From NCBI GenBank assembly GCA_013265495.1, contig MU057801.1:62001-126000 (forward strand): 64,000 bases of DNA, written 5' to 3'. The stretch comes from Vicugna vicugna. Taxonomy: Eukaryota. How positions within the stretch are numbered: the first letter of the stretch is position 1; every line of letters begins with the position of its first letter. The notes under the pieces were generated by a model. It was not told where the DNA came from, searched no databases, and saw nothing but the letters and a program-made list of their open reading frames with translations. Both the position numbers and the translations under genes were made by a program. Below, in pieces: positions 1 to 11,535 of this stretch.

Positions 1-1439
1 TTATTTAGGATAAGTTTAGGTATATTTGGTTTCAAGTGAATGAATTTTAAAAAGTAAATAAAAAAGAGTGCAATATTCCATTGCATATGGCAAAAATTAA
101 TGCAGGCAGACGTAGATTTACGAGGTACAGAGTAACACTCCGGTGTCACCAAGGCCCTTGCCTCGCCCCAGCCCTTCCGGGGGCCTGGGGGCATTTTGCA
201 TTAGTAACTTTGTATTCTTCCCCATAAAGGTCCTCCCAAAATAGGATGAGCCTCAGGCAGCCTGAAGCCTGCATCTTCCCTGCCTGACTTGGACTTGGTA
301 ACAATTACAGAGCCTCTTAGAACCTCAGGAAGAGAGATTCTTGCAAGTTCTGGCTGTCAGGGACACAGCAGGAGCCAAGAAGAAGAAAAATGGTCTTTAA
401 GAGTTTTTAAAAAACGAACTCAAGACATTTGTTACAAAACCTCAAGTCCCTGGGTCCGTTTAAAGGCCGCACTCTTACACCGCCAGGGCCCCCGGGCTGG
501 GCTGCCTGCCGGGCTCCGACGGGTCTCGGTGGGAGACCTGCTCTCGGTGACACTGGGAGGACGTACCCCCCGGGGCAGGCCACGCCACTGGCTGGCTGGT
601 CCGGGGGTGAAAGGCAGGCCGTGTCTCCAGTGGGACAAGCGTGGTTCCATTCACACTGCAGAGCCGCCCGGGGGTCCGGCCGAGGCTGGCCAGCACTGTG
701 AACGCAGGCGCTCTGGGCTCTGTGTCCCTCCCCGTTCTGTTTCCCTCCCTCCCTCCCTACGATGCTCCCAATGAGCCATGTGCATCTGAAGCCCCAGCTT
801 GGGCTCTGCTTCTGGGGGTCTGATCCAGGACTAAGCCCTTCCCAGCAGCCCCCTAAATGCCTGGACAGCCTGTGCCTGACCTTCCCTGGCAATTGAGGGC
901 GGTCCCTCCTGTTTGTAGGCATTGTTTGATGGGTCTTTCTTAGGCTCAGCCCCACAGGTTGCACCTATTTGTAAGAAGACAGCCCTCCTGCCCCATCCTA
1001 CCCACATCCCTGTCTCCTCCGAGAAAGCCTTCCCAGGCCATCAGCTGATCCTCTCGTGGCCAGGAGTCTGCTCTCACTTGGTTTCTGCCCTCACCTCAGT
1101 CCAGCGTGGCAGACTGGGCACCCCCATCGGTGCCCACCAAACCCAGCCCTACGCTGTCACTGGGAGCTGAGGACTCACAGAGCAGGACTTGCCCCGGTGC
1201 GGAAACTGTTTCCCGGGAGCCCAGCACACATCAGTGACTCAGGCAACTCCATCCTCTTGCGCTGAGACCCGTTCAATCCAGGGTCGCTTTCCCGTGTGCT
1301 CCCTGGAGGCTGCACCTCCCCCGCAGTACCCTTTGTACCTGCTCACGGGCTTCACGTTTAATTCTACCAGATTGCATTTCATGAGCCTGCTGCCTCAGTC
1401 GGTTGAGCTGCGTCTTGTGTCCCCGCTGTGTCATTTGGC

Positions 1440-1728
1440 CCCATTGTCCCAAAGCGTGTTGCAGACACCGCTGGAGGTTGCCCGGAAGGTTTCTAGGTGA
1501 TGCTCAGATGAGCAGTTTTGATAGTTTTATTACACTGTCTATTTTAATTCTTATGAACTAAATTTCTAGTAGAAAGCTATAATTAGCACATCAGATACAC
1601 AGCTTCTTTTTTCATAAATTTTAGTCTAAAATGGGTTAATTTAAAGCAAATCTGTAAATCCGTGTGGCGCACGGTGCTGGGAATGATGAAAGCAGTTTAT
1701 GAATGACTGATGTTTAGGAAACACCAGG
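1440..1728 (-). mobile_element. hAT-Charlie MITE (MER113-like); a related fragment lies at 1-130
   Basis: Terminal gaatgactgatgtttaggaaacac resembles the MER113 end. Confidence 0.5.
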
Positions 1729-2399
1729 TGGAAGGTTTACCATTTCTCTCTGCTTTAAACCAGTTTTCAGCTTAACCTTAATGCAATCCTTAGTCTAGTT
1801 TAACTTTTTTTTCAGGCTTTATTTTATTAGTTTAGCTTTTTAATAAACATCCTGACCAGAATAGGCGTGGAAAGACACATGGGTCTGCTCTAACCTGATA
1901 GCAGTTGATCAGCCAGGGCTGTGTGTGTGGACGTTTAACCACTGTTTTGTCATCCTCTTCCGCACGGTTTTCCACCTTGCTCAAAAAGTGTCATGATTTG
2001 TCAGCTCCTTTTTTGAAATCCAGATCCATGGCTAACAGGTTTTTGCTAATTTCCGACCCTAACAGCCCTGCAAAGACAGAGCCCATGTGGCTGAGCTGAC
2101 ATAGCTTGTCTTTGGAAATCCAGGCTGAGCCCTGGGGACGAGCGCTCTTGGCCAGAGACAGATCAATTTGCCAGTAACCCCAGCCACAGTCGCGTGCCAG
2201 CTGGCCCTGGAGCCCGCGCCTTCACAGGGAGGAGTCCACTGCCTTCTCTGGTTTTGAAACCAGGGGTCAGCTTCATCCACCAGCCTTGTCCTGGCTCCTC
2301 TTCAGTTCCCTGCGAATGCTTGGAGGGGGCCGCAGATAACCTCACGTGCGTTTCATTTTTAGTCGGAGCCTGGCCCACGAGTCTTTCCTGGTTGGGAGC

Positions 2400-2500
2400 T
2401 AGAGGCAGACGCCCCGACGCCCTCCCGCAGCTGCGCCGGGGCCGGCCTCCCCGCCCAGGGGCGCGCACCGTCTTCCTGATTTGCTCGCGTCGCGAGTCCT
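2400..2500. promoter_or_regulatory. Small CpG-rich regulatory element
   Basis: CpG cluster with GC box ccccgccc, ETS-like cttcctg and gtcgcgag. Confidence 0.3.
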
Positions 2501-4529
2501 AAACCCTCCAGTGGACAGGGTTGAGGAGGTCTGTTTTTCTTTTATTCAGTCAACTTATCTTGTTCCAGAAACACCTTTAAAAAGCCCTTTTGTGGTTTTA
2601 TCTGGCTGTATTTGCAGACACCCTTCCCTGGGTTCTAGGCGTGTAGACATTATTCACTCAGCTCTGGCTCACGATTCGGGGCTCATCTCTGCCCCGGGAC
2701 CCCTTGTTCGCGTTTGTGTCCCCGCTGTGAGCTCACTGCAGTGGCGTCTGTGCAGACACAGGCGCTTGCTGGGGCTCGTCTGCCTCTTGGCTCATGACGT
2801 ATTTGTGTCGTGGTGTCAGAACCCCATTTTCCAGAGCATCTCGTCTGAACTGAGGAGGACGTTTTCTCAGCTCTCAGCTCAGCTCTTCCTGCAGCCTCTG
2901 CTCATGAGCTGGAGGATCGGTGGTCTCAGCCGAACTAGATTTCTCCCTCCTGGCTGTCGTGAACCTGGGGGTGACAGGATCCCCCTCCGCCCCCGACCCA
3001 GCCCCCTGCCCATCACTTCCACTTCTCCCCTCACTTCCTCTTTGTTAATTGGAATTAAGTCAAGAATAGCGCCCCTCCCACCGCTTTCCCAACCTTGTGA
3101 GGCTGAATCTGTCAGCGATTTGGGTTAGGGGCGTGTCATCTGCAGTTTTACCACAGCGATGCTAGGAGAACGTGTGTGCACAGCTGGATCCCCACCAGCT
3201 CTGTTTTGGAAGTTTCTTCCTGATTTCTGCAGCAGGAATGATCACTCATTTCCTGCGTTTGGCAGTGGCGGTGGTGCCCTGCCACTGCTGCAGAGCTTTT
3301 CTCTTTCCATCTCCAGTATTTCCCGGCATGAAATCTGGTGTAGAGACGCATAGATGTATTTGTTCTTGACTTACGGAGACAGCTTACTCACTCTCCAGCA
3401 CAAGCAAACAACAGTCCGTTTCTCGTGAACAGAACACGATGGGGCGTGACTTCCCTGGTCATATTCTGATTGAGTCCCATCCCTTGTGGTCCTGCTGCCT
3501 CCTGTGAGCTTTCACTGAGTTGCATTTCCTCCATGGCCCCAGGCCCCTGTTGGCTTTTCCCTGACTCTGTTCTGGGTGGCAGTCGGACTGGCCCAACCAG
3601 CGACATTTTCTTCGGCTCCCTTTGGCAACGGCTCCCGGCCAGGGTTGGCGGATGGGAGCACCGAAGGGGATTGTGGGTGGAAATAAGAGAAGAGTTCACC
3701 AGATCTGTGCCTCCACAAAATTACAGATTACCCGGGGTCATCACTGCATCTGAGGATGGTGGGCACTTGAATGGAAATGACCCAGCATAGGATGAGAAGA
3801 AGCCTCAGGGAGACGTTTGAGAGGAGGGCACAGGCAGATAAATTTACGACACGTGCCGGGGAGCGGCAAGAGTGAAGGGGCAGCAGCGGAGACCGAAGCT
3901 GTGGGTGTGCAGTGTGGATTAATCAGGTAGGACTGTGCACCAGGAGGCATCATGGATAAAGCAGAACAAATAAATTGGGTCCCAAATAGGTTGTGGCCCA
4001 TTTTCCACTGTTGCAGGTGACGGGAGATGTCAGGGTTTTTAGGTGCCTGCAGCTGCATCGCCCTGCCTGGCTTATGCAGGAAGGGACACTGAGGAAGATT
4101 TCTGAGAATCCTGGGGTGGGTCTGTCCTGAGCTCCCCAGGTGACTCCTGGAACGACACAGCAGAATCAGCCTGCCAAGGCTCAGGAAGCTGGAAAATCGA
4201 GACCCCCTCCCCAGCTGCCGCTCTGAGCCACACCTGCTCTGCACGGTCACGGGCCCCCCTCTTCACTGCGTCCCCCCCGTTCCCAGTGCGGCGGCGCAGG
4301 AGCCCTTCTGCTCGGCAGAACATAAGCCCCACGGCTGAGTCCCAGCAGCACGAGGCCAGGAAATGAGGGTTTGGCTGTTTTACGTTTTCATTCTCTGTCG
4401 GAAAGGCGGGAATTCTCCTGCAAGACGTTATCATTGTGGGCTTTGTGGTCAGGGGCCTGGGGCAGACACACACGACAGGTGTCCACTTCAGGAAGGCACT
4501 TCCTTTTCTAAAGGAAGGGGTGGAGCGTG

Positions 4530-4868
4530 ATGTCAGTCCATTCAAGCGGCTGTACCAGAATGCTGCGCCGGTGGGCAGCTTATAGACCACAGGAGTTCAC
4601 CGCTCACAGTTCTGGGGCGGGAAGGGCGAGAGCAGGGGCCGGCGTGGTCGGGCGTGGGTCCTCCTGGCGGCAGGCTGCTCTTGTGTCCTCACGTGGTGGG
4701 AGGGACACGGGAGCTCTCTAAGGCCTCTTGTAGAAAGGCGCTGACCCCGTTCACGAGGGCTCGGCGCTCAGGACCTTATCCCCTCCCAGCGGCCCCACCT
4801 CCTAACTCCATCACCTTGGGCGTGAGGTTTTTTGAATTTTGGGAGGGACACAGATGCTCAGATATTGG
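4530..4868 (-). mobile_element. MaLR LTR (MLT1A-type)
   Basis: gctcacagttctgg, ccccacctcctaactccatcaccttggg and gaattttgggagggacac motifs. Confidence 0.8.
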
Positions 4869-5404
4869 AGATGAAGTTTTCCTTTTAACATATCATTTCA
4901 GTTGGGGCCCTTTGGTTTTTCAGGTAGGGCCAATCCTGATGGTTGCGTGTAAAGGTCTGTAACTGCCGGCCTCTTTAGCCGGCCTCTTGTTTTATTTTAA
5001 CGTTATCTCAGTCCCAGTTAGCAGTTCATTAACTTTTACAGCAGGTCTCAAATCGTTTTTTGCTTACATGGCACGACTGTGAAATCCTTTCCTGGGCCCT
5101 CTCCCGCGGCGTTCTTGCGCAGTGCTTCAGAGCCCTCCTGGGCTGCGTGAGGAAGGCCTGCAACGGGACAGTCAGCCTTGAACCCGGGCCCTTTGCACAG
5201 TCGCTTCCTGCCGGCTGTAACATTCTAGCCAGCGTCCATTACCGCCTCCTGCAGGCTGCTCACTCCCCGGGGCGCTAAGCGTGCTTCGGCTGGAACGGCC
5301 TGCTGCTGTGGAAGGCAGACTAGGAGCCTTTTATGACTTTGTTTCAGAGATGAGGGTTAAGCCCGTCCAGTGCTGAAGATCGTGTCAGTATAATTACCCT
5401 GATA

Positions 5405-5550
5405 CTCTGAATTCATTGTTTATTCAGCAAACATTTATTGAACATGTACTATGAACTTGTATAGACAGGAGATGCTCCAGGGAGGATAAAAAAATATAAG
5501 AACTTCATTCTGCAAGTGTTACGGTAGATAGAACACAATAATACTTCATG
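5405..5550 (-). mobile_element. L2 3' fragment; similar pieces at ~35810-35900, 49655-49930 and 57950-58450
   Basis: ttattcagcaaacatttattgaac L2 tail motif. Confidence 0.65.
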
Positions 5551-7484
5551 TCATATCACCCCGACATAGATTTTTTTAAAATGTGTTCGTTGGCTCTGCT
5601 GTGCAGAGAACATTCCCAGCAATGTCAATATAATAGAGCCGTCGACACAAGTCACTGTGTGCCTGGCCTCGTTCCAAGGGCCTTGCCTGTTTTGATATAC
5701 TTCACACTGGTGTGGCCATGAGAACTGTGCCTTGCAGGTTTCCAACTAAAGGCGACGTGATTGACCGAAGGCCCAGCCATTGTGTTCTGTAATCTGTCAC
5801 CAGATTTCCCAGCCGGTGACTGACCCTTGCAGGGAGACTAAGTCATGTCCATTTCTGAGAGACGGGGACACCCGTGACAGCCATCGCTGACTCCATGCCT
5901 CCCTGGGGACCGTCCCAGCCTTCCTCAGGCTGCACAGTGTTCTAGGACGTTGCCTTCCTCCTGCACAGAGGCAAGGCCTGCCTCCCGGCCTGAAGACTGT
6001 GCCCCCCCTCCCCATCTCCCAGCACAGGCTTTCCCCTAATGCAGTCTTTGCACAGGTGGTCCTGTCTGGGTCCCTGCATCTCAGAGAACCGGGACTAACA
6101 CATGTCTGTCCTACGAGCAATGCTCTTATCTTCATTTCACGAATGAGGAAGCTGGGGCACGGGGAAGCGACTTGCAAAAGGTCACACAGTGGAGCTGGAG
6201 TTCTGACTTGTGTCCCTGCATCCCCAAGAAGAAGATGCTCTCAAGCAGGTCTCAAGTGTTAAAAGCTGGAAAGGCGCGTGGAGAGGTTGTAATGAACACT
6301 GATGGTGACAGCGCATACACGCGTGGCATGTTACCCGCCCCATCCAGTTTAATCCACACAACAGCTTTGTGGGTAGGTACTGTTACCTCCAACCACATCA
6401 CACCCCTGCTAAAGGCAGAGCTGGATCCTTCCCTGTGACACTGCCTGGGGACTTAGGATTTGCTGCTGACACTGCCGCGGGGAGATCCGGTTTTAAGACC
6501 TGCTCCTTTAAGACCAAAGGCCAGGAGGGGAGCAGTGCCGAGGGACCCGCCGCTTTCCTGGCATGGTTGTTCTGGGGCGGGTCGAGCTTGAGGAAAGATG
6601 CAGGCGTAGTGTATCAGGGTTGAGGGCCAGGCTGGGCTTTCATGGCGGTCCTGCTTAACCGGGGCGAGAACCTGGGGCCTGGGAGACATGGAGAAAGACT
6701 CGGACAGCAAAGGCAGGACCAGGGACCAGCCAAGGACCTCCTGATCATAGGTGCCCGTCATGGTTAGCCTGCATCGTACAGCGGCTGTCCTCCAGTCTGG
6801 GGCCAGCGCGCCAGCTGTGTGCTGCAGTTTCTGTGTTCTGATGTGCTGACTTCTGGGGGCTTGCTGGCCCTAGACTTAGTAACATCCTTGGATAGTAAAC
6901 CAATAATCCAGTGAGAACACTGTTCAAATGCAAGCTGCCCAGTCCAGAGCCCACCTCACCGTGACCTCCTTTGTGGGCCCCTCCCACTGTGGACCACTGT
7001 CCTGCCCCGATCACCCCAGGGCCAGCTGTGAGACCACCAGGAGACAGCCCTGTGTCCCAGAGCCCACTGAAATTACTCAAACCAGCCCAACCTCAGCCTC
7101 CTTACCCTTCCACGCCAGTATCTTACCCGTGGAAACCACAGTCAAGGCTCTGGCTACAGTTTCCCCTCTCCCCCTGCCTCCCCATGTGGTCCCTGTGGTG
7201 AGGAACTCCAGGGTTGGTCCTTAAGCATCACTGCTCTGTGCTTGGGCACCATGCTGGGAACCCTGGGTCGCCCGTCTGGCTGTCCAGGGTGACAGACAAG
7301 TCTCCTCCTCCTGCGCAGCCAGGGGGAGACCTAGGCTCCTCGCCAAGCATGTTCAGGACAGACTGTGGGTTGAAATGTGGCCACTTCGTAGTCCTGTGAT
7401 GTCATCTCTTGACGCCGTCATCCTGTGCAGTCTGTCCTGAGGTCTGCTGGGCAGAGTGGGTTAAAGAATAAACTGTTTCCCACA

Positions 7485-8088
7485 GGAAACTGTGTGCAAT
7501 GTCTTGTAATAAACTATAAAGGAAAAGAACCTGAAAAAATATATACGTATAACGGAATCACTTTGCTGTGCACTGGAAACTAACACAACGTTGTAAATCA
7601 ACTCTACTTCAATGTCAAAGAAAGGAGTGAATGCATTCCCAGCAGCACGGATGGACCTGGAGGGCGCTATGCTCAGCGAAGTAAGTCAGAGAAAGACAAG
7701 TGTTGTGTGATCTCATATGTGGAATCTAAAACAAAGCAAAACCCCAGCTCACAGACAGCGAACAGGTTGGTGGTTGCCAGGGGCTGGAGGAGGGGTGTGG
7801 GGAGTGGGTGAAGGAGTCAGGAGGCAGAGGCTTCCAGTTAATGAAATAAGTCCTGGGAAGTACCGTGCAGCATGGCAGCTACAGTTAATGATACTGTATT
7901 GCACGTGTGAAAATTGCCAGGAGGATGGATCTTGAAAGTGCTCATCACAAGAAAACAGTCTGTAACTCTGTGTGGTGATGGTTGTCAAGCAGACGCACTG
8001 ACCATTTTGCAGTGTGCACAAGTCCTGAATCCTTATGTTGTGCAGCTGAAACTGTTGTCCTGTATCAATTATACCTTAGTAAAAAAGG
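7485..8088 (+). mobile_element. Two adjacent L1 3' end fragments (young cetartiodactyl-type, then older L1MA-type)
   Basis: gaatcactttgctgt..gtaaatcaact; ggatggacctggagggc..tgtggaatctaaa. Confidence 0.85.
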
Positions 8089-8889
8089 TCACAGTGAATT
8101 CAACCATAAGCACCCCCCCCAAAAAAAGTGAATTCATTTAATGCCCCCTCATGATAGCACTGAGCATAATAGATCTTCTCCCCTCCCTCCCCATTTCATC
8201 CGGGTAAATTCTCATTTCAGTTAAATAAAACTAGAGTGGCTCCCTAAGTGATTCTTTCCTCATCGCATCAGACCAAAACTAACAGGATTTATCCTCAACA
8301 CTCAAATCAACAATTAAAAAATTACAGTGCGAAGAGAGTTGCGTATTACCAGCTTGTTCTTCGGAAGAACTGAGCTACTTTAGTTTAATGTCATTCCTCA
8401 CAATCATCTCCATATTTTAATTGGAATTACATTAAATCACTGTTGAAGAATACTCTTATCTGTAGTGTTTCTAGACTGCCAGCAGGGAGACCGTGGTATC
8501 TCTCTCCATTATTTAAATCTCTCTTCGTTTTTCCCATAGATGGTTCTTATGTTTATTGAATTCCACAATTCTTTCCTGTTTAATTTTTGTAGCTATTATG
8601 ATGGGGGAAGACAGTGAGTTTCTGTTCTGTTACTAAGGTTAAATAATGCAATTGCTATTTCACTTATAGGTAACATCCTGTAATTTCCCTGAACCTATTT
8701 CCAAAAAGAAATTTTTTGTTGGTTTTTGTGCAACTTTAAGGTTTATACATCATATTGTTATAAAAACAATGACAATAGCAAGGTATTAGAGTCTTATAAC
8801 TGTGCAAGTGATAGATGCTCCTCTTAGAGGAATTGGAGGCTGTCAGCGGCATCAGCGTGGCCATCCTGCAATTTTTATCACTTCTTACT

Positions 8890-9070
8890 GCATGTCGTAC
8901 GCAGGTACTTCCTTTAAAGCTTTATTTGTTCCCATTTTACGAATGTGGAGACTGAGGCTCAGAGAGGTGACATAGATCTCTCACACATACACAGACACAC
9001 GCACACGCACACGTATACACGTAAAATACAATCCTGAGTTTTTAACCCAGCACTGGCTGAGTTGAACACC
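8890..9070 (-). mobile_element. MIR fragment; similar MIR pieces at ~6110-6215, 12170-12290, 48500-48670, 54200-54410, 55720-55880, 60290-60440 and 61340-61460
   Basis: cccattttac..gagactgaggctcagagaggt core. Confidence 0.7.
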
Positions 9071-9579
9071 TTTACATTTAATAGCAACAAAAAGGAAATA
9101 CTTGAGAATGAATTTAACTTAATAAACATGGAGAACTGTTCAAAGAAAATTAAAATACCTCTGGGGAAAATAAAGGCTCTGAGAAGTCAACAGGATTGAG
9201 CCTTGTCTCTTTCCTAATTTTGGCAGATTTCGTAAGTGAGAAACAGCCTTTTGTTGTCAGTTTCATTTGCATTTTTATTCCTGGGAAATTTCAGCATTTC
9301 ACATTAAACCACATTATCTTTTCTGTCCTTGGTTTTCTTTCTTTCTTTTTTTTTTTCCTGTTCATAACTTCTGCTAATTTCACCAGTGGGAAATTTGAGT
9401 TCTTTACTGACTTGTTTGAATTCATTATATATGCGTATTATCTTTTGTCAGATTTTTAGCAAATGTTAAACCATTCTTTTACTTTGCCTTTTAATTGTGT
9501 TTATGATATGTGTTAATGTACAGATATTTCAATTATTTTTAAATATAATTAAGTTTATCAGTCTTTTCCTTTTTGAGTC

Positions 9580-9888
9580 TTTTTAAAAAATTGAAGTATA
9601 GTTGATTTACAGTGTGGTGTTAGTTTTAGGTGTACAGCAAAGTGATTCAGCTATACCCATATATGTATACATAAAACCTATAATGGAAAAGAACCTGAAA
9701 AAGAATGGATATATATGTTGTTATAAGATATTAAATTATGGATTATACATTATAGGTTGTTACAAGGTAAGTTTCCATGATAGGTCATTACAAGGTACTG
9801 AATACAGTTCCCTGTGCTGTGCAGTAGGACCTGTTGTTCATCTGTTTTGTATATAGTAATGTTTATATGTTTATCCCAGATTCTTAAC
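9580..9888 (-). mobile_element. L1 3' end with internal micro-inversion and duplications
   Basis: ttgaagtatagttgatttaca..cagttccctgtgct; segment 9675-9717 is in the opposite orientation. Confidence 0.85.
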
Positions 9889-10417
9889 TAGGAGTTTGAT
9901 ATATATATTTTTTTGGATCGGAGTGTGTGCTGAGAATGATCTCCCCTATCTAGAGATGAGATGGGTGTTTGCCTATATTTTCATCTAGTTTTATTTAATT
10001 CTATAATATATCTGAAATGTATTTTTATTGGGGGGGTGCAAAAAAAAGCACTTTATTTAGGAGGCTAACACAATCACTTCATAAAAATCAGGTCTTTTTT
10101 TTTTTCTATTTTACTCAAAAAATCTTCAGAGATTTTAGGTTGAAAATAAAATCACAACTTCTCTCATTTGGGAGGCTGTTTTGTTCTTCCTTGAACATGA
10201 AGCTGCTTTTGTTAGTTACCTTCTAAGTAATTTTTAAGCAGATTCTGCATCGTCAGTCTGAGGCTGGTCTTACACTGCACGGGGTAAGACGTGAGATGAC
10301 GTGGCGTTTGCTCTGTGTCCTGAGGAACAGAGGTCTGCTCTGGAGGAAAACACTAGATGCTATGGTTGATTAACTAGGTTACTCAACCAACTTTAATAAG
10401 ACTGTCACTTTCTTTTA

Positions 10418-11535
10418 CTTTTTAAAAATTGAGATATGATTCATATACCATAAAATTCACTCTTTCAAAGCATACGATTCCGTAGTCTTCAGTATATACA
10501 CAAAGTTTTGCAACCGCTGCCTAATCCCAGAACACGTCCAACACCCTAAAGAGAAACCCCATAACCATTCACAGTCACTCCCCGGTCCGCCTTCCTCCCA
10601 GCCACTGGAAACCGTTAATTTCCTATCTTTCTCCATGGATTTGGCTACTCTGGACATTTTGTATAAATGGAAGCATATAATATGGGACCTTTCATGTCTG
10701 TCTTCTTTTCCTTAGCATAACATTTTCAAGGTTCATTGGTGTAGCATGTGTCAGTACTTCATTCTTTTTTGTAGCTAAGTAATATTTCAGTGCATGGATG
10801 CACCACATTATATGTATCCATCCATCAGCTGACGGACATTTCAGTTTCTTCCACTTTGGGGCTGCTATGAACAATGCTGGCATGTAGATTCACCTGTAAG
10901 GTTTTGTGTGGATATGCACGCAGGGTCTTCATTTCTCTGGGGTGTGCCGGGGTGTGGAATCGATGGATCACAGGGTAACTCTTTAACTTTTTGAGGGACT
11001 GCTGAGCTGTTTAGTAGCTGCACCAGTTTACAACCCCACCAGCAACGTGAGGGCTCCAACTCCTTCACATCCTGACCAACAACTGTTACTATCCGTCTTT
11101 TCGATGATAGCCACCCCAGTGTGTGTGACGTGATGTCTCACTGTGTACTGACTTACGTTTCCCTAATGGCTAATGACACTGGACATCTTTTCATGTGCTT
11201 ATCGGCCATTCGCATGTCTTTGGAGAAATGCCTATTCAGGTCCTTTCCCCACTTTTTCATTGAGTCATTTCTCTCTTTATCGCTGTAAGAACTGTACAAG
11301 TTCTTTTTTTGTGCAAATTCTGGGTACCAGTCCATTATTGGATATAGAATTTGTATTGTAGCTTCGTAGTAAGTTTTGAAACTAGGACATTTCGAATTCA
11401 AAGTTGAGTCTCCAACTTTGTTCTCTCCAAGATCGCGTTGGCCATTCTGCATCTGTTCCACTTTAGGATCAGCTGGTCGGTTTCTGCAAAAAGGGCTTTG
11501 AAAGGGATCATGTTGAATATGTAGATGAGTTGTGC
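10418..11535 (-). mobile_element. Older L1 (L1MB-type) 3' UTR and ORF2 end
   Basis: ttgagatatgattcatataccataaaattcac start; ORF track fragments WGKDLNRHFSK..ADKHMKRC are typical of L1 ORF2. Confidence 0.85.
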
